DNA of 64,000 nt from a virus (Duplodnaviria > Heunggongvirae > Uroviricota > Caudoviricetes), in IMG/VR virus record IMGVR_UViG_3300012533_000005; one strand, written 5' to 3'. The position numbers and the translations under genes are program-made. The notes under the pieces are model-generated. The model was not told the DNA's origin, did not search any database, and was given only the letters and a program-made list of their open reading frames with translations. Shown here in pieces: positions 1 through 9,483 of this stretch. Position 1 is the first letter of the stretch, and each line of letters begins with the position of its first letter.

Positions 1-149
1 CAAAAGTTTTTTAGATAAATAATATAATAAATATAAAATAGAAAGAAAAAATCAAAGTAAGAAATCAAGTGTCGTCGAATGAAAACAGAAAAATTTTTTA
101 GAGAATAAAGAAAGTTAGAAGAAAAAGAATGGAAAAGTGGATTGATGGC

Positions 150-520
150 TTCGGATTATAAGAAAAGTGAGGAATAAAGAAGTTGAGGCGGGGTAGTAGC
201 GGTAATGGTACAGGCAGTAAAGGTAATTAGTAAAAGAGTATTGGTCAAAATCATATCGGAGTATAAAAAACAGGAGTCTGAAGAAACTCGCATAAGGCGG
301 AATAGTCAATAGCGTTAGAAAAAGAGTACCGAGCAAGAAGTTTGGGCGGGGTAGAGGTAAAGGTAATCGGATAGAATGAATGAAAGTCTGAAGAACTAAA
401 GGAACTGGAGCAAAGTGGTAGCCTCCACCGAATACGAATCAGAAAAAGAAGAAGATGCAAAGCGTGGGGGCGGGGTAGTTGTAGTGGTAAAAAAGGATGG
501 GAGCAAAGTGGTAGGAATGT
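150..520. repeat. G-rich degenerate repeat block, about three units sharing GGGCGGGGTAG, (GGTAA/GGTAG) periodicity, GTCTGAAGAA and GGAGCAAAGTGGTAG
   Basis: GGGCGGGGTAG at about 188, 345 and 466. GGAGCAAAGTGGTAG at 407-421 and 500-514. GTCTGAAGAA at about 276 and 386. GC-rich islands in an AT-rich genome. No + strand ORF. Confidence 0.6.
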
Positions 521-599
521 TGGAAAAAAGATTGGACACCCCTTGTAAAATCCGAAGTAAAAATTGATATTTGTAACCCTCTACGGTCAATGAAACAAA

Positions 600-1532
600 A
601 TGGCAAAAAAGAAACCTACAAAGAAAAAAGTAACTGCGAAGAAACCTGTTAAAAAAATTTCAAAATCGCCTTCAAAGAAAACTACGTCTAAAGGTAAGAA
701 GAAGTACGTTGGAAAGAAGCGAGGAAGAAAGTCAAGTGTTCCTAACAGATACAATTCGATTAAGATAGCAATCAGTTTAAATTATGCAGATACTATCAAT
801 CGTAAAATTAAACGCTATGAGCTGAAGATAATCTATGATTGGATGAAGAATACATACGGGAATCAATCCGTAAGGTATATCCTAATGAATATAGATTTAA
901 TCATTGATAATTTTTGGCAGCAGTATTGTAACTTGTACCCAGTCGATATAAATAACCACGCAAGGTTCTTTGAGTGGTATAATTTCAAGACTTATCTGAA
1001 TGATGAGAAGAAGTACCACTATCCAACAGACATCATACAAATTGATTTAAGTGCCATTGGGCAGGGTATTTTTGAGTTCTTCTTTGAGGATTATCTGAGT
1101 GAGGTTGAAAAATACTACGAAATCTGTAAATCAGAGGGAATTAAAAGAGAATCACCACCACCAGCTTTGCATTTGGAGAATGCTTATTGCGATATTGCCC
1201 GAAAAGGTAATTTATTTCAATATAAATTATTGCTTGACGCTGATATTCCGACCACTCCAAGAACTACATCGGCTATTCCGCCAGTAACTCCGCCTACTAA
1301 TCCACCAATTGCACCAGCTTCAAGCACTATTAATGTTAAAAAAGAAGAACCTCTTGTTCCACAAACCAAAGATGTTCCTCTAACTACACAACAAATTGAT
1401 GTTGAAATCCAAAAAGAAAGGATTAAAGCTGAATTTATGCTCCGTGAACAAAAATTAAAAGAGTTAGCAGAGCTGTTAAAGCAGAAAGTAATCACTTTTG
1501 AGGAGTACATGAAGGCAATTAAAGAGGTTTAG
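600..1532 (+). CDS. Lys-rich (histone H1-like N-terminal tail) protein with Pro/Thr-rich linker and C-terminal coiled coil
   Basis: 310-aa ORF. N-terminus MAKKKPTKKKVTAKKPVKKISKSPSKK. Linker PTTPRTTSAIPPVTPPTNPPIAP. Coiled-coil-like C-terminus. ACGGTCA plus A-rich leader upstream. Confidence 0.6.
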   Translation: MAKKKPTKKKVTAKKPVKKISKSPSKKTTSKGKKKYVGKKRGRKSSVPNRYNSIKIAISLNYADTINRKIKRYELKIIYDWMKNTYGNQSVRYILMNIDLIIDNFWQQYCNLYPVDINNHARFFEWYNFKTYLNDEKKYHYPTDIIQIDLSAIGQGIFEFFFEDYLSEVEKYYEICKSEGIKRESPPPALHLENAYCDIARKGNLFQYKLLLDADIPTTPRTTSAIPPVTPPTNPPIAPASSTINVKKEEPLVPQTKDVPLTTQQIDVEIQKERIKAEFMLREQKLKELAELLKQKVITFEEYMKAIKEV

Positions 1533-1558
1533 TATCAAATCTTAAAAAAAAATCATTT

Positions 1559-1580
1559 AACGTCGCTCTAACGTCGCTCT
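1559..1580. repeat. direct repeat AACGTCGCTCT x2 downstream of the gene's stop codon
   Basis: Exact 11-nt tandem copies. Confidence 0.5.
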
Positions 1581-1625
1581 CAATAAAAATGGGGCTACAT
1601 ACCATTAAACCAAAAATCATTCTAT

Positions 1626-2651
1626 ATGGCAAAGAAAAAGGCTAAAAAAACAGATATTACAAAGGATGGATACTCCGTTATGAAACCAATGAAACAGGTT
1701 ACGATAGAAGATTTCAGCATATTCGACCTAGAAAAAGATTTGAAAAAACCCGAAAAAAACAATCAAGAATCTGAAAATCAAGTCGTTGATATAATACCAA
1801 GAGATTTTTTAAACATAGAATCAAACAAACATTGTGGCTCAATAGATAATTTTGATAGGTATTTAGCCATGTACTCAGACTCAAAATCTGATTTTACCGT
1901 TGTTAGCTACGGAGTTACAAAAAAAATCATCTACGGAAAGTATAGTTTCATATTCAATGGACTGAAAGGTGAAAAAAAACCTCTCGGAACACATTTGATT
2001 TCATTAGTTAAAAAAGATATTGATAGATTAATTGAAAGCGGAGTTAAAATACCCAATATCCCCGATAAAAAGCCATACCTGACATTCATTCACCATAAGA
2101 ACCTAGATTGGTTCGGTACAGGGCAAGAAGCATTAGCAATAGACGTAAACCATTGTTATTGGAGAACAATATATTTGCTAGGGCGAATTACGGATGAAAC
2201 TTACCTGAAAGGAATTGAAAAAAATGATTATAAAGACGGTAGGTTAATTGCCGTTGGTACATTAGGTAAAATATTGACAGTCAGAAAGTATAAAGCTGGA
2301 GTTAAAGTTGAGGAATACGTCGATGATAGAGATTATTTAAGATATGGAGGGTTCTTTTGGGAAGTTATTTCAAAAGTATATGCCCTACTAATAGACCTTT
2401 GGCAAACATTAAAGGAAGATTTTCTAATGTTCCTGACCGATTGTGTGGTTATTGATGGCTCTAAGAAAGATTTAGCAATACAGATAATGGAAAAACACGG
2501 CTACGGCACTAAAGAATATAAGATAGTATTCACAGAGCTAACCGAGTCAAAAGTCGCTTGGGTAACAGATAAAGGCGAAAAAAAGCATATAATCCATAAC
2601 CGTATGCTTAATAGCGGTATCGGTAAGTCAAAAGATAACAATGATGAATAA
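1626..2651 (+). CDS. hypothetical protein (341 aa)
   Basis: Long ORF with a basic N-terminus MAKKKAKK, followed by a hairpin terminator. Confidence 0.6.
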   Translation: MAKKKAKKTDITKDGYSVMKPMKQVTIEDFSIFDLEKDLKKPEKNNQESENQVVDIIPRDFLNIESNKHCGSIDNFDRYLAMYSDSKSDFTVVSYGVTKKIIYGKYSFIFNGLKGEKKPLGTHLISLVKKDIDRLIESGVKIPNIPDKKPYLTFIHHKNLDWFGTGQEALAIDVNHCYWRTIYLLGRITDETYLKGIEKNDYKDGRLIAVGTLGKILTVRKYKAGVKVEEYVDDRDYLRYGGFFWEVISKVYALLIDLWQTLKEDFLMFLTDCVVIDGSKKDLAIQIMEKHGYGTKEYKIVFTELTESKVAWVTDKGEKKHIIHNRMLNSGIGKSKDNNDE

Positions 2652-2689
2652 GTGATTTTGTAACTACTGTTCATCCTACATAAAAAAAT

Positions 2690-2724
2690 GCACGTAAGTT
2701 TTAATTAGCTTACGTGTTTTTTTT
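2690..2724 (+). terminator. rho-independent terminator (stem CACGTAAG / CTTACGTG followed by T8)
   Basis: 8-bp perfect stem, 10-nt loop and a T-run immediately 3' of the stop at 2651. Confidence 0.6.
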
Positions 2725-2998
2725 GATTTGAATATTGATTTCAATTATTTTTGGTAATAACTGGAAACTAAAAAGTTTGATTATTTTTTGTGTTAAAATG
2801 GATGTTGATTTATTACTAATTCGCAATAAATACACATGATTTACTTAACTATTTACTTGTTTTATTTTCAAAACGATGTAAGTATTGATTTTATTAATGT
2901 TGCGGAAGAAAAGTTTGATTTCAATTCTGTAAGAAAAAATAATTCACTAAATGAGTATTTTTGATTTGTGAAAAAACAGAATTGCGTAACGCTTGATT
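2723..2998. repeat. cluster of about 8 TTGATT(T) iteron-like direct repeats
   Basis: TTGATTT-like copies at about 2723, 2738, 2777, 2804, 2886, 2914, 2962 and 2992, inside a 2.3 kb non-coding region. Confidence 0.45.
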
Positions 2999-3695
2999 TT
3001 ACTGGGATTACCGCAGAAAAGTAGCAAAAAAATAACAGGTCAAATCTCTATTTTCCAACTTATTCCAACTTATCTAAAAAAAAAACGTGCTTCGGGAATA
3101 CCAGTATTTATTGGTAATGCCGAGTTTTTTCAAAATAAAAAAACAAGAGTTTTTCATAAAATAAAAACACAAAAAAACGATTAAAAATTGATGTGATGCT
3201 CGGAAAATGAATAATAATGCGGGTTTATAAATCTAAATTAACCTTTAGATTTGGAATTTCTCTAATTAAAAATAGTGTTAAAATTTAAAATAGTTGTTTT
3301 TGTAAATGTATGGTGCTTGGAAAGTCCTATAAAATAAGGAAAGTTGAAAATGATATTATGACGAAATAAGAATATTTGCATAATTAGAGAATTTAAAAAT
3401 AGCTCAAATGCTTACTGGTATTGGTTTTGAATGGTGTTTAGAAAACAAGTAAATTAATCAAACTATTTTAATTTGTTTTTATAGCCTCTGAAAGTATTGA
3501 TTTTGCTGGATTTTCTTTATTATTTAAACTTGATTAATTGAAAAATTAACAAATAAATGTGGTGTAAAAAAATACAATATTGGCGAAAGCCTTGATAGTA
3601 GAGGGTTTCAGCGTGTGTGAAAAAGTAACGTTCTTGATTATCTTTGGAGATAACTGAAATCAAATTATACCCGTGAATTATTAGATAAAATAATT

Positions 3696-3716
3696 CAGTT
3701 ATTTTATAAAATAATT
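3696..3716. promoter_or_regulatory. copy of the 22-bp palindromic element (right arm degenerate)
   Basis: Sequence cagttattttataaaataatt. Confidence 0.5.
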
Positions 3717-4358
3717 TTTAGGGCAATCTTGATTAATTTTGGAAAGCAGATGTGTAGAAAAATACACTAATCATAAAATCACTCACTAAAATTCACTCAC
3801 TATTTTGATGTTTTTTGTAAAATGATGAAATCGCTGTAAGCCTCATGGATAGTAAGAATAACCGTTTGTAAACGGATAATTTCGTGTTTTTTTTAATTGA
3901 AATATTTTTTGGCTGACAAATTAATAAAAAAATAAAACAATCAAGATTTTGTAGTAATATCAATGGTTATAGAACATCAATAAAAATAGTTATTTTTTGT
4001 TGTTTTTTACAATTACTCTGAATCACCTGTAAAATCAATACTCACAGACAGCGTTGTTTTTTTTTAATGATGATTTTTATTGTGATTCTTCTCTGAAATT
4101 TTATAAAACTGTAACCTGATAAAAAAAAGAAAGGGCGAAGTTGAGAACTTACACCCATTTCTTTTGGCTACAAACCTATTCTACGGTCAGGCAGGGGAAG
4201 GAAGTAGCCGCAAAAGTAATCATATTATATGGTAAATACAAGTAAAACGCATTTTTTTTACGCTCCTATGGTTTAATTTGATAGAATCTGAATGTATTTG
4301 GTTGCTTTTACTGTTTAACTCTGTTTGGCAGCTATTTAACTTGAACGGCTGCGGCAAT

Positions 4359-4382
4359 GATATGGATATGGATATGGATATG
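4359..4382. repeat. (GATATG)x4 tandem hexamer
   Basis: Sequence gatatggatatggatatggatatg. Confidence 0.7.
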
Positions 4383-4401
4383 CAGTAATCATATTTAGCC
4401 T

Positions 4402-4436
4402 TTTAACGGCTTTTGCCGTTTCGGGATGGTTTCCCG
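4402..4436. other. two adjacent short hairpins (AACGGC-TTTT-GCCGTT; CGGGA-TGGTT-TCCCG)
   Basis: Inverted repeats read directly. GGGCGGG recurs at 4485-4491, as in the 5' repeat block. Confidence 0.35.
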
Positions 4437-4538
4437 TGCCTGAAATCATATAAAACACCTGAAATTGACAATAAATAGCTTTTTGGGCGGGTTCTTATTG
4501 GTCGGCTGGTTGCTGGTATTCTATTTAGTTATGGGAAA

Positions 4539-4586
4539 TTAGGAGGTTAGGAGGCAATTAGGAGGTTAGTTAGGAGGTTAGGAGTA
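4539..4586. repeat. (TTAGGAGG)x5 tandem repeat
   Basis: Sequence attaggaggttaggaggcaattaggaggttagttaggaggttaggag. Confidence 0.7.
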
Positions 4587-4593
4587 TCATTTT

Positions 4594-4610
4594 GGGGTAG
4601 GGTAGGGTAT
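4594..4610. repeat. GGGGTAGGGTAGGGTAT G-tract repeat
   Basis: Three GGGTAG units. The same GGGTAG motif occurs in the block at 150-520. Confidence 0.5.
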
Positions 4611-4611
4611 T

Positions 4612-4668
4612 TAATGTCTAAATTAATGTCTAGTTTATGTCTAGTTATGTCTAAAAAATGTCCGATTT
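4612..4668. repeat. (A)ATGTCTA x5 tandem heptamer
   Basis: Sequence aatgtctaaattaatgtctagtttatgtctagttatgtctaaaaaatgtcc. Confidence 0.65.
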
Positions 4669-4929
4669 TAGCATAATAACAGGTTAAATAATATACATAT
4701 ATAGTATGTGTTATAAAATACACGTTTTTTACCCCAAAAATACAGCCATGTACCTAGATAGGTAAGGGTTATGGCGGTTCTGTATATGCCACGAAAACAG
4801 CCTAAATATCCTATATAATGACTTAATCTTTACACGCTTTAACATATTTTAACATTAAATATTAGGTTTTCGCTCAGTTCGGTTGTATCTTTACATCATA
4901 ATACGGTCAGGTATATAGTTAATGCAGTT

Positions 4930-5235
4930 ATGAATATCGAAAGTTTTCAAGTAAATGAAAAGGTTATGGTTAAGATACCCAATCTTAGAAGCAAAACACC
5001 TAATGCAGAGCATTTTGTTGAGGGTATTGTTACTTCTAAAGGAATGATATACCCTTCTCATGGCTCTAAACATCCTCCATACGCAAGTTTCAAAGTGAAG
5101 TATATTCATACTTATTATAGGAAATTAAGTGATAAATACAATGGTTTAGTTTGGGTTGGTGAAGAAGGTGAGATTTATGATAAAGAAAATGAATCCCTGT
5201 TCTTTTATGAAAGTACAATTAAAAAAGCAAATTAA
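4930..5235 (+). CDS. hypothetical protein (101 aa)
   Basis: ORF follows the long non-coding region. ACGGTCA lies 25 nt upstream. Confidence 0.5.
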   Translation: MNIESFQVNEKVMVKIPNLRSKTPNAEHFVEGIVTSKGMIYPSHGSKHPPYASFKVKYIHTYYRKLSDKYNGLVWVGEEGEIYDKENESLFFYESTIKKAN

Positions 5236-5243
5236 ATCAAGTT

Positions 5244-5265
5244 CAGTTATTTTATAAAATAATTG
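5244..5265. promoter_or_regulatory. 22-bp palindromic element copy
   Basis: Sequence cagttattttataaaataattg, 9 nt after the stop codon. Confidence 0.6.
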
Positions 5266-5314
5266 AAGTGCAAAATAATCAAGTTTTAATAAAAAAACAT
5301 TAAAAATAAATCAA

Positions 5315-5788
5315 ATGTCAAAAAAAGAGTCATTAATTTACCAAAATGGTATCAGCGTTAAGCTTTCAAACGAAAAAAGCGAAGATTTCTTTCATTCTGC
5401 CTTATGTAACGGATTAAATGAAGTTGGTGGGTATGGATTAGAATTGGTTTATGATAAAGCAGAGTACAAAAATGCTAAAGAAAGCTTGGTAAATAAAATC
5501 AAAAAAGGCATAATCCCTATCGGTATGCACGTTTACGGTAATGATAAATTAACCGAAAAATCAATATGTTACGAGGATGTTTTGGTTGAAATATTAAGAA
5601 TTGGTGGTAAATTATCACTTAAAGGAAACGGAGAAACCAAATCAATAACACTATCTACCGTTCACAAAAGAGTTGAAAAAACAGATTTAAGGCATTTGAT
5701 TGAATACATTAATGAAACAGGTGGAGATGCTATAACTGCCGATGTAATCCTTCAAACCGTATTTTTAGATAAAGTTATTTACGGTTAA
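5315..5788 (+). CDS. hypothetical protein (157 aa)
   Basis: ORF with the AAAAATAAATCAAATG leader. Confidence 0.55.
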   Translation: MSKKESLIYQNGISVKLSNEKSEDFFHSALCNGLNEVGGYGLELVYDKAEYKNAKESLVNKIKKGIIPIGMHVYGNDKLTEKSICYEDVLVEILRIGGKLSLKGNGETKSITLSTVHKRVEKTDLRHLIEYINETGGDAITADVILQTVFLDKVIYG

Positions 5789-5807
5789 TTATTTTATAAG
5801 ATAACTG
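5787..5807. promoter_or_regulatory. 22-bp palindromic element copy (overlaps the stop codon)
   Basis: Sequence aattattttataagataactg. Confidence 0.55.
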
Positions 5808-5830
5808 AATAATCAAAATTAATATAAACT

Positions 5831-6055
5831 ATGCCAAAATTAAAAATTACCGAAGTTTCAATTACCGTTGGTAGGTCAAAAACAACAATGTCAAAGGAAA
5901 ATATTAAGCACGTTGAAGTATCACTATCAAATAAAGACCACTTTTCTATTGAAATTGATAACGATGGGGATATTTCAATAACATCAAACTCGGATAAGAG
6001 GATTAAAGTTGTAGGGCAAGAGGAAAATGAGTTGGTAATTAAGTTAATTAAATAA
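5831..6055 (+). CDS. hypothetical protein (74 aa)
   Basis: Short ORF between two palindrome copies. Confidence 0.45.
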   Translation: MPKLKITEVSITVGRSKTTMSKENIKHVEVSLSNKDHFSIEIDNDGDISITSNSDKRIKVVGQEENELVIKLIK

Positions 6056-6070
6056 TCAAAAAACAGCATC

Positions 6071-6092
6071 CAATTATTTTATAAAATAACTG
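6071..6092. promoter_or_regulatory. 22-bp palindromic element copy
   Basis: Sequence caattattttataaaataactg. Confidence 0.6.
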
Positions 6093-6132
6093 AATAATCA
6101 AAAATTAATTAATAATCAAAAAAATAAATCAA

Positions 6133-6693
6133 ATGAGAGAGAAATCAGTAACATTAAGACAAAAAGCATTAGGAATGAAAGATAAACTATTAGGAGATGT
6201 AGTTGGGTTTGTTAACGATAACGAATATAGACCAATTTATCAGATGGCAAAGGATATTAAGGTTAAAATCATTGATTGGAAACCTATTGTTGAAAAACTT
6301 AAATCATCTCACGAAAGCCTTAAAGACCTAAACCTTGATATTAGGTCGGGAAATGGTATAATTTTTATCGGTGAAAAGAAACAACCCGTACTAATTGATT
6401 CTGAATGTTGTGGAGTTGATTCTGAAACAAAAAACCTTATGATTGGAGATAAGTTTATGACAGTTGAATTTATTGAAGGTATTGGTGTTTTTAAGAAAGA
6501 AGAAGGTTTTATCGCTATGATGCCAATGTTTTATGTTGATTTTGACTACGATGATATTGAAAAATGCTTCACAGGTGAGGAAAAGGAACTTTGGGAGTTT
6601 ATGGGAGGGCGTTACGAATACAACCCCCGTATCCATAATAACCTAAGAGGTATTGTTGAACTTTACAAAGGAATTGATAAAAGAAAAAAATAA
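6133..6693 (+). CDS. hypothetical protein (186 aa)
   Basis: ORF with the AAAAATAAATCAAATG leader. Confidence 0.55.
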   Translation: MREKSVTLRQKALGMKDKLLGDVVGFVNDNEYRPIYQMAKDIKVKIIDWKPIVEKLKSSHESLKDLNLDIRSGNGIIFIGEKKQPVLIDSECCGVDSETKNLMIGDKFMTVEFIEGIGVFKKEEGFIAMMPMFYVDFDYDDIEKCFTGEEKELWEFMGGRYEYNPRIHNNLRGIVELYKGIDKRKK

Positions 6694-6715
6694 TCAAAAT
6701 TAATTAAATCAAATT

Positions 6716-7075
6716 ATGACAAAGAAATTCACATTACTTCAGTTGTTCTCGATTGTAGATGGTAGATTAGCAACTAAAATAGAGGATGTTTATGATATGT
6801 TAAATCATGTTTGCGACACGCAATTAATGACACATCATCTTCCTGTTGCTATGAACTACTTAAAGGAAAAGAACCCAAGTTGGTTTCAGGAATGTGAAAA
6901 ATATATTTCCAAAATGGGAATTACAAAAGATGTTCCTTTTGGTGTATGTTTGGCTAAAATTAAAGTTGATAATCCAATTTATGATATTCCTCAGTTAAAG
7001 GATGAATTTGTTACTTCTGACTTTTTTATTTACATGGGTGATAATTCATTATTAAAAAAAATAGGCACTAAATAA
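6716..7075 (+). CDS. hypothetical protein (119 aa)
   Basis: ORF with the TAAATCAAATTATG leader. Confidence 0.5.
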   Translation: MTKKFTLLQLFSIVDGRLATKIEDVYDMLNHVCDTQLMTHHLPVAMNYLKEKNPSWFQECEKYISKMGITKDVPFGVCLAKIKVDNPIYDIPQLKDEFVTSDFFIYMGDNSLLKKIGTK

Positions 7076-7097
7076 TCAAAATTAAATAAATCAAGTT

Positions 7098-7724
7098 ATG
7101 AAGGCTTACAATAAATTCAAAGAAAAATATTACCTACCAATAATGGAGCTGATTGAGGCACAAAGAATGGCTTTTCCCGAAACAGGATTGCACGGTTACG
7201 CACACATAGCAAGATGTTTGGTATTAACCCACGTTTTATGTAAAATGCACGAAATTGATGAAGAAAACGAATTAAAGTGTTTGATTGCTATTGGTTTACA
7301 CGATGTTGCGAGAGAGGATGATGGAGAAGATTTATGGGAAGAACAAAGTGGACTTGTTGCTAAAGAGTTTTGTGCTAAACACGGATTCAACCCTGAGTTT
7401 CAGGAGGAAGTTTATAAGCTAATTACTGAAAAGACCTATGTAGAGAACCTGCCGACAAAGAATTTTATTGTTTGCCACGATGCCGATTGCTTGGATATTA
7501 TTAGATGTTTCGGTATTGACCGTTTTGATACAAGACATTTTGCTTCATTTCCCGATAAAGCAGGTTTACGTGATTTCTTGATTCAGGATACTTGTACGTT
7601 AATTGATTGCACTTATCTTGATGAATACGAATATGATAATAAAAACTCTTTATTGCTTATGGAGCGAAACATTAAAAACGCTTGGAGTTGGAAGTTTTAT
7701 TCAATAGCAACCTTATTAAATTAA
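7098..7724 (+). CDS. HD-domain metal-dependent phosphohydrolase-like protein
   Basis: H...HD...D pattern: LHGYAHIARC, GLHDVARED and VCHDADCLD. Confidence 0.5.
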   Translation: MKAYNKFKEKYYLPIMELIEAQRMAFPETGLHGYAHIARCLVLTHVLCKMHEIDEENELKCLIAIGLHDVAREDDGEDLWEEQSGLVAKEFCAKHGFNPEFQEEVYKLITEKTYVENLPTKNFIVCHDADCLDIIRCFGIDRFDTRHFASFPDKAGLRDFLIQDTCTLIDCTYLDEYEYDNKNSLLLMERNIKNAWSWKFYSIATLLN

Positions 7725-7733
7725 ATACAACAA

Positions 7734-7915
7734 TGGAAATGAGAAACAGGCACTATGAAAGTGTTAAATCAAAAGCCAAAAGAATTGCCGATTTATTCCC
7801 GATAGATGAATTGCTATTCAAGGAAAGAAAGGGTAAATTCCTTACACACGAAGAAAAAATGCGTTTAAAAAAATACGCTGAAGAACAACGTAAAAAGAAA
7901 CAATCAAAAAAATAA
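7734..7915 (+). CDS. hypothetical basic protein (about 60 aa; start trimmed to the first ATG after the upstream stop)
   Basis: The track ORF 7682-7915 overlaps the upstream gene. MEMRNRH begins at 7734. Confidence 0.4.
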
Positions 7916-7921
7916 ATCAAG

Positions 7922-8590
7922 ATGTATAAAAACAAAAAATATATCGACCTCAACACAATTTATAAAGGTGAGTTGGTTTCAGAAACATATACTATTGATA
8001 AAGTCCGATTAACCGAAAGTGAGGTTTCTTTGGAGGGAATGAGAAACTTCAGGAATTATTGGCTTACAGCAGGTTTGAAAGCTGAGTTTGATTACATTCG
8101 CCTTGTTAAGAAAAAGGATGGTAGAGGCGTTATGATGTCCGATACACCTATGGAACGTAACACTAATCGAAAATTCCTACAAAAAGCCAATGGTGATGTT
8201 GTTATTTTTGGTCTTGGTCTTGGTTTAATTGTTTTTCCTTTATTGGATGATGCTGATGTTAAATCAATTACTATTGTTGAACTTTATCAGGATTTAATTG
8301 ATGTTGTTCAACCAAAAATTGAGGCAAAGGATAAACAAAATAAGGTTAAAATAGTACAGGGAGATTGCTTTACTTATGAATTTCCTAAAGGAACAAAGTT
8401 CGATACTATCTATTTTGATATTTGGATTAACATTTGTGGCGACAATTACGAGGAGCAAAAGAAGCTTGAACGTAGATTCAGAAAGCACTTAAATAAAGAT
8501 AACTCAAGGTTTTTTATGGATAGTTGGATGAAAGACCATTACAAAGCAGAAAAGGCAAGAGAGAGAAGAAGTGGTGGTTATGGGTGGTGA
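7922..8590 (+). CDS. hypothetical protein, possible Rossmann-fold methyltransferase-like
   Basis: VVIFGLGLGLI glycine-rich motif followed by IVELYQDLI. The evidence is weak. Confidence 0.5.
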   Translation: MYKNKKYIDLNTIYKGELVSETYTIDKVRLTESEVSLEGMRNFRNYWLTAGLKAEFDYIRLVKKKDGRGVMMSDTPMERNTNRKFLQKANGDVVIFGLGLGLIVFPLLDDADVKSITIVELYQDLIDVVQPKIEAKDKQNKVKIVQGDCFTYEFPKGTKFDTIYFDIWINICGDNYEEQKKLERRFRKHLNKDNSRFFMDSWMKDHYKAEKARERRSGGYGW

Positions 8591-8609
8591 TTATTTTATA
8601 AAATAACTG
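8589..8609. promoter_or_regulatory. 22-bp palindromic element copy
   Basis: Sequence gattattttataaaataactg. Confidence 0.55.
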
Positions 8610-8644
8610 AAACAATCAAAATTAAATCAATTAATTATCTCCAA

Positions 8645-8673
8645 AAATAACTGATTATTTTATAAAATAACTG
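8645..8673. promoter_or_regulatory. 22-bp palindromic element copy with an extra left half-site
   Basis: Sequence aaataactgattattttataaaataactg. Confidence 0.55.
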
Positions 8674-8679
8674 AAACGA

Positions 8680-9462
8680 ATGAAAATCAATAAAAACAAT
8701 CAACTTGGATTAAATTTCACTCAAAATATAAAGGATGAATTTTATAATCTTCATAATGATAAGTATTTTAAGCAACAACCCGAAGAATTTATAAGACCTT
8801 ACAGGGAACAATGGTTAAATATACTTAGTGATGATGGTAATAAGAACCTGTTGTTTACTAAAACATCATTAAGTGTAGCTAATAATATCAAAATTGAAAA
8901 ATTTAAACCTAGTATGCTTAAAATAAAGCAGGAAAAGAAGCTGACATTCCTTATTAACGATAGTAGATTTTACCGTGTTCTGTTGAAAAATGATGAAATA
9001 ATGGCTATAAAGGTAACAAAAACAAGGGTGAGTGATGGTAAGGATTATATTTCTTATGATTCATTTAAGATTTTACCATTAAAAAACATTGTTATATACC
9101 CACAAAATCAAGATGATTATATTAATGATAAACATTTCGCTGAGTTTCTTAAATTACTTATCTTTATTGAATATAGCGATGTAGAAGAAATCAACATGAA
9201 CCCTAACCAAACATACGGAACAAGAAAACAGGGTAAATTTCTAAATGAAACTGACAAGAACTTTATTATAGTTGATTCGGCTTGGAACAAAATAATAATA
9301 AATACAGGTAAATTTGGAGTTTCAGGACATCCACGATATTTATTAAGAGATGGCGGTATAAAGGTTGTTTATATTAAGGAATATACCAAGAATGGATATA
9401 CAAGAGGTTTTAGAAAGAGTCAAATAGACAATAATCAAACGGATAATAATCAAAATAATTAA
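8680..9462 (+). CDS. hypothetical protein (260 aa)
   Basis: Long ORF. Contains RDGGIKVVYI near the C-terminus. Confidence 0.55.
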   Translation: MKINKNNQLGLNFTQNIKDEFYNLHNDKYFKQQPEEFIRPYREQWLNILSDDGNKNLLFTKTSLSVANNIKIEKFKPSMLKIKQEKKLTFLINDSRFYRVLLKNDEIMAIKVTKTRVSDGKDYISYDSFKILPLKNIVIYPQNQDDYINDKHFAEFLKLLIFIEYSDVEEINMNPNQTYGTRKQGKFLNETDKNFIIVDSAWNKIIINTGKFGVSGHPRYLLRDGGIKVVYIKEYTKNGYTRGFRKSQIDNNQTDNNQNN

Positions 9463-9483
9463 ATCAAGTTAAAAAAATAAGTG

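Noticed and set aside
115-590. Three overlapping minus-strand ORFs (115-336, 251-460, 396-590) in the ORF track
   Set aside because: They lie entirely within the G-rich repeat block. Their low-complexity translations (poly-F, S/T-rich) are dictated by the repeat, and they overlap each other in different frames. Most likely non-coding.
2993-3184. 63-aa + strand ORF inside the large non-coding region
   Set aside because: No leader motif. Low-complexity K-rich translation of an A-run-rich sequence. It sits amid iteron-like repeats. Probably spurious, though a coding-potential test is warranted.
4130-4210. Possible tRNA or other structured ncRNA in the non-coding region
   Set aside because: No recognisable T-loop (GTTCGAATC-like) or cloverleaf could be assembled by eye. 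Cannot be supported without a tRNA-scan or covariance search.
4539-4668. Possible CRISPR array, suggested by short direct repeats
   Set aside because: Repeat units are 6-8 nt, contiguous, and have no unique spacers of 25-40 nt. These are simple tandem repeats, not CRISPR.
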